In this document: positions 1-11,700 of the stretch, piece after piece
Layout of the letters: every line of letters begins with the position of its first letter
Position numbering within the stretch: the stretch's first letter is position 1
Assembly: GCA_950097015.1 (NCBI GenBank)
Contig: CATNEN010000025.1
Location: forward strand, 5,084,001-5,148,000
Direction: 5' to 3'
Source of the DNA: Macrostomum hystrix
Taxonomy: Eukaryota > Animalia > Platyhelminthes
DNA length: 64,000 nt
Notes under the pieces: generated by a model
Database searches by the model: none
The model's input: the letters and a program-made list of their open reading frames with translations, nothing else
Told to the model about the DNA's origin: nothing
Translations under genes and position numbers: made by a program

Positions 1-586
1 AGCATGAATTATCAACTGAGAAGCATGAATTATCAATTGAGAAGCATGAATTATCAACTGAGAGGCATGAATTATCAACTGAGAAGCATGAATTATCAAT
101 TGAGAAGCATGAATTATCAACTGAGAGGCATGAATTATCAACTGAGAAGCATGAATCATCAACTGAGAAGCATGAATTATCAACTGAGAGGCATGAATTA
201 TCAACTGAGAAGCATGAATTATCAACTGAGAAGCATGAATTATCAACTGAGAAGCATGAATTATCAACTGAGAAGCATGAATTATCAACTGAGAAGCATG
301 AATTATCAACTGAGAAGCATGAATTATCAACTGAGAAGCATGAATTATCAACTGAGAAGCATGAATTATCAACTGAGAAGCATGAATTATCAACTGAGAG
401 GCATGAATTATCAACTGAGAAGCATGAATTATCAACTGAGAAGCATGAATTATCAATTGAGAAGCATGAATTATCAACTGAGAGGCATGAATTATCAACT
501 GAGAAGCATGAATTATCAACTGAGAAGCATGAATTATCAACTGAGAAGCATGAATTATCAACTGAGAAGCATGAATTATAAACGGA
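1..586. repeat. Minisatellite, 21-bp unit AGCATGAATTATCAACTGAGA (about 28 copies, runs off window start)
   Basis: Near-perfect tandem unit. Decayed copies continue between the TE insertions to about 2240, with an isolated unit near 3800. ORF 4..636 is only the translated repeat. Confidence 0.97.
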
Positions 587-672
587 ATAGCATAAATTTA
601 CGATGCGAAACAGGTATTACCGAGGGGGGAGCATAAATTACCGATGGGAATAGAATGTATTATACTGGGGAA

Positions 673-1556
673 TAGGGGTGCTTGGAGTTTGGGGTCGGGT
701 CGGGTTTTGGCGCTGGGTTCGTGGTTCGGGGTAGGCGTTCGGGTTCGGGTTTCGGGTCGGGTTTTGGTACCGGGTTCGAGGTTTTCGGGTTTTTTTTTAC
801 GAGTTGAAACGAAATTAAGCTTAAGCGGAGTATTTCCAGGTTTTTTTCGCGTATAATTAATTTATTAAGTCGTTTTAAATATCATTCTAGCATGCTAACT
901 TACCTTATTATGCGCAACAATTTACACAAAAGATAGAAATGAAATTCAGATTCATATGATATGATATGATCTAGTTATTATTATGATTTGTGTTGATGCT
1001 CCATCTGATCAGATAGTCCTTCATCTAAGTACACACTAAGCTAACTTAGCTAAAAAGTTAAGTTTTCGTTTTTTTCATTGAACATTTAAGGAAATATCTG
1101 AATAAGAGAGTAATGAGAGAGTGAGAGAATCAAAGAGAGGCAGTGCTAAATAAAATGTAAAGCTGATACGAAACGATGCGATACCATCCTTGTAGAGAAA
1201 AGATTTCGTTGAATAGACTAGAGTCGAAAAAAAAAGAAAACCATTTTTTTCTCGCATTTATTTCGTTGAAACAATTAGTGATCCAGATTATGACTTATAG
1301 TGAGATGAAGCATTGAATGTTAGAGAACTTAGAGCCCTTGAAGAAAAGCAGATAATCTAACCCTTTTGCAGTGTTTCGACATGATACTGCAGTGTTACTT
1401 TCCAAGCGCACTTTAAAATGCAAAAAAAACAGTGCAACAATTTTGATTCTTATTGAGTATTGATGTTTTTTCGGGTAGAATTTCGAGGTCGGGTCGGTTT
1501 TTGGTCCGGGTCGGGTTCGGGGTAAGAGCTCGAAAAATCGAAACCCGAACACCCTA
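673..1556. mobile_element. Non-autonomous hAT-type DNA transposon (MITE)
   Basis: Termini TAGGG(G)TG...CACCCTA. Perfect 8-bp TSD CTGGGGAA at 665-672 and 1557-1564. Subterminal GGGTTCGGGT/GGTCGGG repeats at both ends. No transposase. Confidence 0.9.
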
Positions 1557-1664
1557 CTGGGGAAGCATTAATTATTAAGGGTAAAGCATGAATTATCGAG
1601 GGAAAACATGATATACGAGCGTATCAAGGGGTATCGAGGGGAAGCATTACTTACAGAGGGGGTA

Positions 1665-2013
1665 ATAATAATAATAATAATAATTGCAGGAGGGCTGCGG
1701 GCAATGACACATAGTTTGTTGACACTAGACCCGCAGCCAGCGAGGAGGCCTCCTGAGCACACACGCACACAGATACCGTACGCAGGCACACGCTCACACA
1801 GGTGTGTACATCTGCCCTGACTTTCTCATTGTCAGGCAGTGTACACTCTCACTGTGCCTTGGAGGTTGGCCCTCAAGGGCGTAAATTGCACGACAAGCCC
1901 CCAAGCCTTCTCTCCGCGGCTGCGCCCCAAATAAATGTGGCCTCGCCGTGGAATCGAACTTAGGGACTGTGATGCGAGTGGCAAACGCGTTAACCGCTCT
2001 GCCACCGACTATC
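1665..2013 (-). mobile_element. tRNA-derived SINE family A, near full length
   Basis: Reverse strand has A box TGGCAGAGCGG, B box GTTCGATTCC and a (TTA)n tail. 15-bp TSD CTTACAGAGGGGGTA at 1650-1664 and 2014-2028. The body recurs at 7 or more other sites in the window. Confidence 0.9.
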
Positions 2014-2515
2014 CTTACAGAGGGGGTAGCATGCTTTGTCAATGGAGTAGCAGGAATTCACAAGCAATAGCGTAATTAACAATAATTTACCTGTATTTGA
2101 CCAGTTGTAGCATATTATTGACCAGACGGCATACATTTTTAGGGAACAGCATGTATTATTGCGGGAACTTCATCGAATGTTGAGAGTCGGATAAGTTTAT
2201 GGGGAGCATTAATTATCGGGGGGGGGGGTAGCAAGCTTTTAGGCGCGTGATTTTATTCCCTCACTGTGGGTATTGGTTGTAAGTCAATTTATGCGAGTAC
2301 TAAAAATGAAAACTCATATGTATGTGTCAATTCGATCACTCAATGTAAAAGTGGTCTTATTGTTGTTCTACTTTGTCGGAATTTCGCTATTCTTGCTCTA
2401 AAAGATTCGACCTTTTACGAGATGATACACGTTAATTTCAAAATAATTAGCTATTGCTAATTGCTAACGACTATTGCTAACCTATGGAAAGAACCGAGCG
2501 AATTAACATCTACGC

Positions 2516-3406
2516 TAGAGATGCCAAAAACCGGCCCTTTTTGAGAACCGGTTAACCGGTTTGAAAACCGCCTTTTATAAGAAAACCGGTCTTTAAAAAC
2601 CGGTTTGTGTGCCAAGTTTTTAAAAAGCACTAAATAAGCATAGAAGATAGAACTTATATACAATCGTGAATTTGCTAAAGGTGTGCGTGCCGATTAATAA
2701 TAATAAAAGTTTCTTGGAATTATTAATTTTAAATTTGTTATAGTTAGGTTTCGCGGAAATTGAATATCGCGCCAATTCAAATTTTCCGTGGACTTTCTTC
2801 GGAATCGTTCCGTAGCCAATGCGAACTAAATGCGAAATAAAATAAAGACCCAATGCGAACTTACTATAAATTGAGATTTAGTTCGGATCAGTTCGTAACT
2901 AATTCGCGAACTCTTAATTTTGCTGAATAATAACTTTAAACTTAATGATGTAGCTCGTACTGGTAGCAACGATTGATTAATTTGATGATTTTGGCCAAGG
3001 CAAACTGGTCACAGTCTCGAAATGGCGGTACCCTGGGATGGTTAGATTAGAAACGGCGAACCCATGATGTTTTTAGGTTTAGACTTAGATAGTTTTAGAT
3101 TAGGCCCCAATTTAGATTTATACTTCAAGTTCAACTTAGATTTAATTTCAAGTTTAATTTTAAGTTTAATGTTCAATTTGAAAGGACTTAGTAGCGCTGC
3201 CACCACGAAGCAAATTTTGTTACCAGTTTTTTTTCTCCAAAGTGCAAAAATTGTGACTCTGTGAGACATAATTAAAATAAAAAAACCCATTAAAAGCCGT
3301 CAAAAAACCGGACAAAAAAACGGGTTTTTTAGAACCGGTTTTCCTGCTAAAAACCGTTTTTTTAAACCGGTTTTAAACCGGTTGGCAAAACCGGTTGGCA
3401 TCCCTA
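2516..3406. mobile_element. Non-autonomous hAT-type DNA transposon (MITE)
   Basis: TIRs TAGAGATGCCAA / TTGGCATCCCTA. Perfect 8-bp TSD ATCTACGC at 2508-2515 and 3407-3414. Multiple subterminal AAAACCGG(T) motifs. Confidence 0.92.
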
Positions 3407-4079
3407 ATCTACGCAAACTTGATGTAACAACAAAATATGACTTCACGACGTCACAATGGCTTCAAGCGTTATTCAATAAAAAAATAAATGAAGAGCATAC
3501 GTAGCAGTTAGCGCTAATTTATTATTAAAACGAAAGAAAAGCATTTTGAGCATTGCTGCAATTGTTATTTGATTCAAAACTAGGAAAGGATCGATAGTCC
3601 TGTTTTAATAGTAGCTAATGGAATTATTCATTTTTAAGTTCAGCGTTTGTTCGAACAGGGCAGCAATCATTTTTTATCTATATTTTGAAAGCGGAATGTT
3701 TCAAGCAGAAATTTTCAAGAGAAAGAATGAGATGCCCAGGCTATAGCAGAATAGTTACGGTAAGGCCAACTGTTTCAAGAGAATAAAATGATTTATTGAG
3801 AGGGTAGCATGAATTTATCAACTGGCTTGCAAAAAATTACGATTAAAAAAATTCATTTTTTGGGTCTTAGACTGAATGATTGTGTAATCAATTGTGATGC
3901 TCTTTGTGATTCTCAAAGTGGTTTTGCGCCAGTTCAATGTATAAAAACAATTGATGGTCTCTATCGGCAAACCCGCTGGCGGCATGCCGCTATGGCTATC
4001 CAATGATGTCATGCCGCAGCAATTTTTCTGCAGTTTTCCATAAATAAATGTTACCAGTCAAATACAGGTTTCTTTCCAG

Positions 4080-4383
4080 TCAACCAAAAATATAAAAAAT
4101 AAAAACTTGCTTGTTTGTATGTTCGCAATAGATCTCCCGAACGGCTTAACCGATTTTCACAATTCCTTCGCTAAAAGACGTCAAATGGACCGAATCGGTG
4201 CAGTATTTTATTTAAGCTTAGCTTTATTTCTAAGGGGATTAAATATTCGAAAAAAACAGTTCTAGATAGGCTTTTCTAATGAATTTCTTGTTCACAGCAT
4301 TTACTATTTTATTGATTGCATCAGAGCCAGTGTTGATAACGCACTGATAAGAACTAAGGGAGCGGCTGGTGAAAACAACCTAG
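4080..4383 (+). mobile_element. Possible decayed non-autonomous Helitron
   Basis: Near the 5' end, TTGTTTGTATGTTCG...GAACGGCTTAACCGATTTT resembles the conserved motif of invertebrate non-autonomous Helitrons (recalled, not searched). Ends in CTAG|T at 4380-4384. The 5' A|TC junction is not clean. Confidence 0.35.
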
Positions 4384-4784
4384 TTTTCGGCTGGTGAGAT
4401 TTGGAATAGATTCAAGTGATGCAAGCCAAACACAAATACTTTGCGAATGTCAAATTTTTTGGATAAAAATAGTTAAAACTCGATCTACATTCCGCGCATT
4501 GTTTTCCACTCTTTCATTAACGTTTGCAGATTTCAAACCGCAGCAACAGGGTTCACTTGCCTTGAAAAAAGTAAAAGGGGGACGGCTTCGCTGGAGCAAC
4601 GAAGCCCTTTGGCGTCGCTAAGGTACGTCAGTCCACGCGTCGACGGGTGAGACTCTGGCTACCACGCTTGAGCGGGCGCTGCAGGTGCTGCAGCATGCCG
4701 TCCTGGCTGAGCTGTGGTGCTGAGTAGTCCTGAGTCCGGAGTCCCGCACTGATGCATCATCTAGTCAACCCGCGAATCGCATGT

Positions 4785-4875
4785 CAAGCCCTCCAAGTCT
4801 TCTCTCCGCTGCTGCGTCCCAAATGAATGTGGCCCTGTCACGGATTCCAGAATTCGGAGCCAACGATGTTTATCC
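4785..4875 (-). mobile_element. SINE family A fragment
   Basis: CAAGCCCTCCAAGTCTTCTCTCCGCTGCTGCGTCCCAAATGAATGTGGCC matches the family A body. Confidence 0.7.
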
Positions 4876-5733
4876 TATATTCTCTGTACATTTTCAGGAT
4901 TTTGGCTCGCATTTACAGTGGCACTACCAAGGGTGAAATTCCCCACCCCGACAATTTTTTCCTGCATCCGAATGGAGCAACACAAGCACACGAAACTCAA
5001 GAACACGGGCCAACTTGTTGTTGCGTATCTTCTGAAACAAGAATCTAGTCGCCAGCTCTTCAGACCGTCGAGATATTCAATGGTTCTGGCCGAAGATCAG
5101 ATTTTTCCCACAAGTTATAGTGCATTTCATACACCCATATACACGAATTAGCACTGCGCCTCAGTGGGGCCTTGCCAGGCCTTCAAAATTTATGAGCATG
5201 CCGCCCGAATGTGCCTGCATCATCTCCGTCTTCGGTGGTCACGTACCTTTATCTAGACGGACTGCTGGACCTTCAAGGGCTACAGCAGGTGGATATAGGC
5301 CACTATGGACATCCTCCAATTTTACTGATCAAGCCAAAATATAAGGCGCAGCTCAACCACAGTACACCATCGCCTAGTCTGTCAACCAATCAGTCACCAC
5401 CCATGCCAACGCTGTTAGCATTCGGGTGCTGCCAAAAAGATTTTCAGGGGGTATACAAACGGGCGGCAAAATGGCTTGTTAGTCCTACTGTTAATGACTC
5501 ATCTATTGTTTGAGAGTCTAACCACAGATAATTGGCTGAGATTTCTAATTAACAGCCTAATTAACCAAATTTCATATACCTGTACAATTAAAAAACAGCA
5601 AAGTATTGTTTTTGCTGGCCGCACAGCGGACATTTTGAAAATGTAGCCAATATTTATTGTAGATTAGTCAGTGTAAGTACGCTGTACTAGAACTCAAATA
5701 CATCTAGCAGTACGTTTAAAGCTGACGATTACA

Positions 5734-8700
5734 TCATTCCTCCACGTCGGGGTCTTGCAGGGTCCAAGGCCGCGACTGAGTCAGCTGACCGTCCAACAAA
5801 GTCTCCACGAGGTACCCGCCGCCGCCATCGCCAATTCCAGCCGTGGCGGCGAGGTCAACGGTCTTCGAGTTGACTTTGCCAGCGAAGCTTGCCTCAGCTT
5901 TCCCGCGAGACGCTGAGTCCGACTGGAGCCTCTGCGGAGTGAGAAGCAATGGGCGTATGCCTCAAACCGCCTACTTGTTAGTAGGAACTGAGGAGATATT
6001 CTCTGATTTATAAATGCGAATTTATGCAGAAGAGGGCCCGGCTCACCTGGTGCAGAGCACGAATGTTCACTGCGTGCCGCTTGGCGGAGGCGGCGTCGGC
6101 TGCAACCACGCTGGCTGCGTTGGCGGGTAGCTTTCCGGTGCCAGTCAGCACGACGCTGCGCATTCTGCATCAGTAGGGTAGGAGTTTTTCTCGAGTTGGG
6201 AACTGGCCTTGTATTGCTATGGTGATTCTATATATTCATATTATCTAATCAAGGTAGGAAGGTGTAAGCCTAGTTAGTCTGAGGAAGAGGTCTCGAGTTC
6301 GAACGTTCGGCCCAAGTGAAAAAACTTGCTGCACTTAAGCAAGATAAAAAATATTTGCAGGGCAATGGCCAGTGGCGCATCATTTGTTGGCAGTAGACCT
6401 AATATGCCAATAATAACAATGAAAACAATAATTCCGATTACCCTACTTTTGTCTGATGTGCAGCCGACAGCACAGCCGCAGCTATTATGCGGCGCATCTG
6501 AAGGCTGCGGACGGCTGTTCAGTCCATGGACTAAAGGGACGCCACACCCACCCTCAATTACCCCAGCTGATGCTGGTACCCATTTATCTGCTGGGTGAAC
6601 TGAAGCAACGCAAAGTTAAGTTTCACCCCTAAAGGTGACACTATCGTTCGAGTGGAGTCGGGAATCGAACCCTGGTCTTCCTTCCTTGCTTTCTCCATTC
6701 AGCCGGCAGTCAGCGAGAAGCAATTCTGCCCATTTCGCTGACTCCTGAGCACACACGCACACAGATACTATACGCATGCTCACACAGGTGTGTACATCTG
6801 CCCATGGCTTTCTCATCGTCAGGCAGTGTACACTCTCACTGTGCCTTGGAGGTTGGCCCTCAAGGGCGTAAATTGCACGACAAGCCCCAAAGCCATCTCT
6901 CCGCGGCTGCGCCCAAAATGAACGTGACCTCGCCGCGGAATCGAGCTCACGGACCTCGGTGCGAGAGGCCACTCGTTAGACCGCTCTGCCACTGACCCCC
7001 TACTTAGGCAAAATACCTAATTCAATTTAGCTTGAGGTACATTTGGATGTACATAAATAGCTGTACACAGCTTAACTCCATGTATTATTAATTATTCGAT
7101 GGAACAGCTTTACTCTCTCGTGTGCCTCCATGAGAACCATACGGCCTTAATTACTCACGTGTTATGCGGCTGTGGCTCCTTCCGCCGGCTCTCCATTAGC
7201 TGAACGTCCCGACTGTCCAGGTAGTTGTAGCGCATTGTGTCCACCGGATGCTTGTCCGGAGCGCGCCAAACCGCGCCAGACAGCGTCCGCTTCTTAGCCA
7301 GCTCGGCCTCGCGCTTGGCCTTGGCTTTGCGCGCCTTCGCCTCCTCCTGACGCCTGGCCATCTCCTGCAGCCGTTGCATCTCCTTCAGGGTGGGGCCCTC
7401 CACCTGAGAGCGCAAATGCGACAGTGCTAAAAGTCACTCTAAGCGACAGTTAGTGCAATGTCTCCCAAGACTACAAGTTGAAAGTGCCCGATACTCAAGA
7501 GGTATCGAACTATCGTCAAGATATTAAATATTAAACTCGGACAGCAAGAAGCAGGAACTTGTTTTAGTACTAACTATTAATTACAAGCTAATTGCTTAGT
7601 GGTCGAAAATGGCTTCTCGAAGTCCGTAATGTTAGCTCTGTATCGAGCAAAGAATGACCGAAAAAAAATAATTGCTGAAAGGCTCCGGGCAATGGCATAT
7701 CATTTGGTGACACTAGACCCGCAGCCAGCAAGGAGACAATTCTGCCCATTCCGCTGACTCCTCCTGAGCACACACGCACACAGATACCGTACTCAGGCAC
7801 ACAATCACACAGGTGTGTACATCTGCCCTGACTTTCTCGTCATCAGGCAGTGAACACTCTCACTGTGCCTGAGGTTGGTCCTCAGGGCGTAAATTGCACG
7901 ACAAGCACCCAAGCCTTCGCTCGCACCGGCGGGACACAATGCCTGTGAGGTATGAGTCAGACCAGGCCTACGGGCTAAGGTCTGCGATGCCTCACACCTG
8001 CAGTCGTTTTTTGAGCAGGCTTAGCAGGAATGGAGCCCTGTGCCTCCGGGTGCAGGAATCCTCTCCACGTTGTCCCGTCAGCTGACCCATGGGTACACGT
8101 CCCGCGAGTGTTCAAGGCTGACCCTAGGGCAGCCGGACAGAATGGGCAACAGCGTTGGATGACCCATCCAGGGCCTCCGGCCTAACTGGGTACCTCTAGC
8201 CCCGGCTGGAGGGAAAGGTGTCACCCTTTGACCTTAACAGGGTATGCGGCCAGTCCGCAGCGTTCGTGCACCTGTGCGTGATCAGGTACCTCTGGCTACG
8301 GCTCTGAGGGAAAGTTGTCACCCTTTGACCTTAACAGGGTATGCGGCCAGTCCGCAGCGTTCGTGCACCTGTGCGTGATCAGGTACCTCTGGCTACGGCT
8401 CTGAGGGAAAGGTGTCACCCTTTGACCTTAACAGGGTATGCGGCCAGTCCGCAGCGTTCGTGCACCTGTGCGTGATCAGGTACCTCTGGCTACGGCTCTG
8501 AGGGAAAGGTGTCACCCTTTGACCTTAACAGGGTATGCGGCCAGTCCGCAGGCCTCGGCGCTGGCCAAATAGCGCCCTCTAATGTCCCAGTGTTGACCGT
8601 GCTGATGGACGCTTGACCAGGGAGTAGTCTGGCCTCCTACGGTTCCTCCCGGTGGTCCTGGCATCCCACCCCGGGTTGTAACTTGTCTTTTTTGGCTGCC

Positions 8701-11700
8701 CCCGCTCAGCTTTGGGATCGCGGCTGAGCGGGTTATTCCTGCATGTGTCTACAGGAAGCCCCTCTCCTCTTTGCAGCTTCTAATGGCTTCCAGCCTTCCA
8801 ACTGCTCCGGCCGAGGACACCATGGTGCCCGAGGCCATACACGCTGCGGCGCCCGGGCTAGCTGGCCCCGCGACCGCCACAAATGCCGCGCTGCCCAACT
8901 CGCGCGATGACCGGGGCGCTAAGCGCTCCACAACCTCTGGAGCGGCAAAGCGTCGTAGGCGCTTAATGGCCCACGGCAAGCCGGCTCCATCGACCGAGGA
9001 CCGGGCCCAGGCCAGAGGGGCCGAAGGGGCTCTGCCTAGGGCGGGGGCTGGGGCGGGGGGCCTTGCGCCTCCTGCCCAGGCTCCTGCACGGGGCGGAGCC
9101 CACGACGCCCCGAGGCCAGGGTCGCGGGCCAAGGAGGTCCCGGCGCCCATCCGGACGGCGGCTCGGCCTGAAGGAGAAGCGGAGGCAGAGGGCCCTGTGC
9201 CCACCGCCGACGCTGATCCCGAGGGTGGGGTCGCCACCGGACAGGGCCCGGGACCACATGCCACCTACGCCGCCATCGCACGTAGGCAACCTGCCGTTGT
9301 CATCACCGGCAGAGACGGAAAAAGGCTGAGCAGCGAACAGCTCAGCAACATTTGCCGCAACATAGATGCTATGCTGTGGCAACTTCAACTGAAGGGCGAG
9401 CCCCTGGCGGTCGGCGCAAGCGCTACCAGGGAATCGTGCTTCGTCGTCTGGCCCGGCGACGCGGAATCAGGGCGGCGGCTCCTTGAGTTGCTGCCCACGC
9501 AGAGCTGGGCGGCTGGCCTCGACTTCCTCCGGGAGAACGAGCCACCAAAGACCAAGCGACACCGCATTTTCGTCCCGGCGAAAAGTGTCGTCACCAGCGC
9601 TGAGGACCTCCGCATGGGCCTCATCGCGATGAACCGGGAGCTGCCGATAGCGGGCCTGATCGTGCACCGCACGATCCTGCGCCCCGATGGCACCGGGTTC
9701 ACCGCCATTCTGGGCCTGTCCGAGCAATGGACACGCCGATACCCAGATGGCGCCAACATCTGCATTGGTCTGTGGAAGACCAAAATCTTCGCCTTCGAGG
9801 CAGATAAAACTCGAGGTCAGACCGGGCCCACCACCGTACCGGCCACTGAAGGGTCCTCGGACCCCGAGGTTGGGACTGGGGGCAGGGCCCAGTCGTCTCG
9901 CCAAAAAAGGCCAGAGCGTGCCATCGCTGGCAGCTCTGAGCGTCGCCCCGCGCGCATCACAAAGCGCCGGGGCCTTCTCCAGCGGGCCTCCGAGGTGGTG
10001 CGAACCGCCAGGATGGCCCAGCTGCGCGCTGAGATGCGCGGTGGCCCACCGGGGCAGGCGCCGCATCCAAGGGCTACGGGGGAGGCCTCTAAGGTGCCCA
10101 GCTCCATCGAGCAGGGCCCTTCGAGCGCCCCTCCCACGGCCCAGGGTGCGGTGTCGGCACCGGTTGAGGGTGACTCTGGGCCTGGGCTCGGGGCCGGGGG
10201 TGGGGACTGGGCGGCTGACCCCGTCGAGTTCCCGCCTCTGGCTCGGGGCCGGGGCACGGAGGAGCCCATGGCTACCGACATCGACCCGGAGGAGGAGGAC
10301 CGCCTTCTGGCTGAGTCCCCCTCCAAGTAGACCTCTGCCTGCATGATGATCCCCGGAATATCATGTCTGCAAGTTAACACCCAGCACTGCGTGGCAGCAT
10401 CAGTCAATCTGATGCGCACGACAGAGCGCACGATGCCGGGCCTTGTACTTGTGCAGGAGCCCTGGTTATCAAAAAACAAGCCAAGTAACATTCCTGCTGG
10501 CTATGACTGCTTCTGCATGGCAGACTCTGTCCGCCCTAGATCACTGATCTATGCTGCAAAAGCCTTAAATGCGTGGATGAGACCCGATCTCTCTAACGGG
10601 GACATCTGCGTCATCCAATCTGCACACATTGTGCCCAACAAGTTGACCCTCGTGGCATCCGCCTACCTGGCAGGCGACGCCCCCGTGGTCAGCGATACCC
10701 TCGTCGCCCTCTGTGATTTCGCCAGGGCACGAAATTTTGAGCTGCTCCTCGCGGGAGATGCAAACTCGCATCACACCCACTGGGGTAGCTCAAAAATCAA
10801 TGACCGCGGCGAAGAGCTCCTGGCCTTCGTTAGCGGCACGCCTCTTAACTTCTGCAATGTGGGCAACACGCCCACGTTCGACAATGGGCGGTGGGCTGAG
10901 GTGCTTGACGTCACCCTGGCCTCACCCGGCATCCTCCCAAGGGTGCTGGGGTGGGAGGTGTGGGAGACCGAAAGCTCGCTCTCGGACCACCGCTTCATTC
11001 GCTTCAACATCGGTACCCCCGATAAGAAGCAAAAGCCTATTTGGAGGCGTAATGTCAGAAACACCGACTGGCCCGTGTTCAGCCAAAAGCTGCATGAGGG
11101 CCTTCGGGATTCCGACCCCTCCATGGCCATGGCAACCACGCAGGACCTAGATGGAGTGGCTGCCCTGCTGGGCGGCGCCATCACTGAGGCCTACGAAATG
11201 GCTTGCCCGCTCAAAGCCTACAAAGGCAAAAAATCAGCCCCCTGGTGGAACCCCGAGCTCGGAGTCCTGAGACGCCGAGCAAAGGCTCTCCAGAGGAGGC
11301 TGAAAATCTCGCACGACCCTGATGACAAAGAGGCCTATACTCGCGCCATCCATGAGTTTAAGGGCCGGGTCAGAAGGGCAAAAGCGGACAAGTGGCGACA
11401 ATACTGCGAAGGGCTTGAGGGCTCGCGGCCCACGGCCCGCGTGGTAAAGGCGCTCACCAACGACCGCTTCTCCAAGCTCTCATCGATCAAAAAGCCAGAC
11501 GGCTCGATCACGGAGCGCCCGGAGGAAACGCTCGAGCTTATGCTAGGGCATTTCTTCCCGAGTGTACCGGCGCACTTTGGCCCAGACGACCACTCACGTG
11601 GAGGTCAGGGCCTGGCTCAGTCACTCGTCACGAATGACCGCATCGTTCGCGCGGCAAAGTCATTCAACCCTTTCAAAGCACCTGGGCCAGATGGTATTTA

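Noticed and set aside
4-636. 210-aa ORF (MNYQLRS)n
   Set aside because: Translation of a 21-bp minisatellite. No non-repetitive coding context.
5060-5100. About 40-bp similarity (15-bp exact TTGAATATCTCGACG) between the reverse strand here and about 61130-61170
   Set aside because: Too short to define a feature. Possibly a remnant of an old repeat or chance.
7820-7850. Hammerhead-like words CUGAUGA...GAAA in SINE A (reverse strand here; CUGACGA at 60.8 kb)
   Set aside because: Only 3 nt separate CUGANGA and GAAA, so there is no stem II. No NUH with stem I/III pairing was found, CUGA is sequestered in a hairpin, and the 1.8-kb copy lacks the motif.
8600-8690. Candidate HDV-like ribozyme core GCC-UCCUAC-GGU-UCCUCCC-GG in the LINE 5' UTR
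   Set aside because: L3 is only 6 nt, P1 has a mismatch, and there is no convincing P2 or catalytic C in J4/2.
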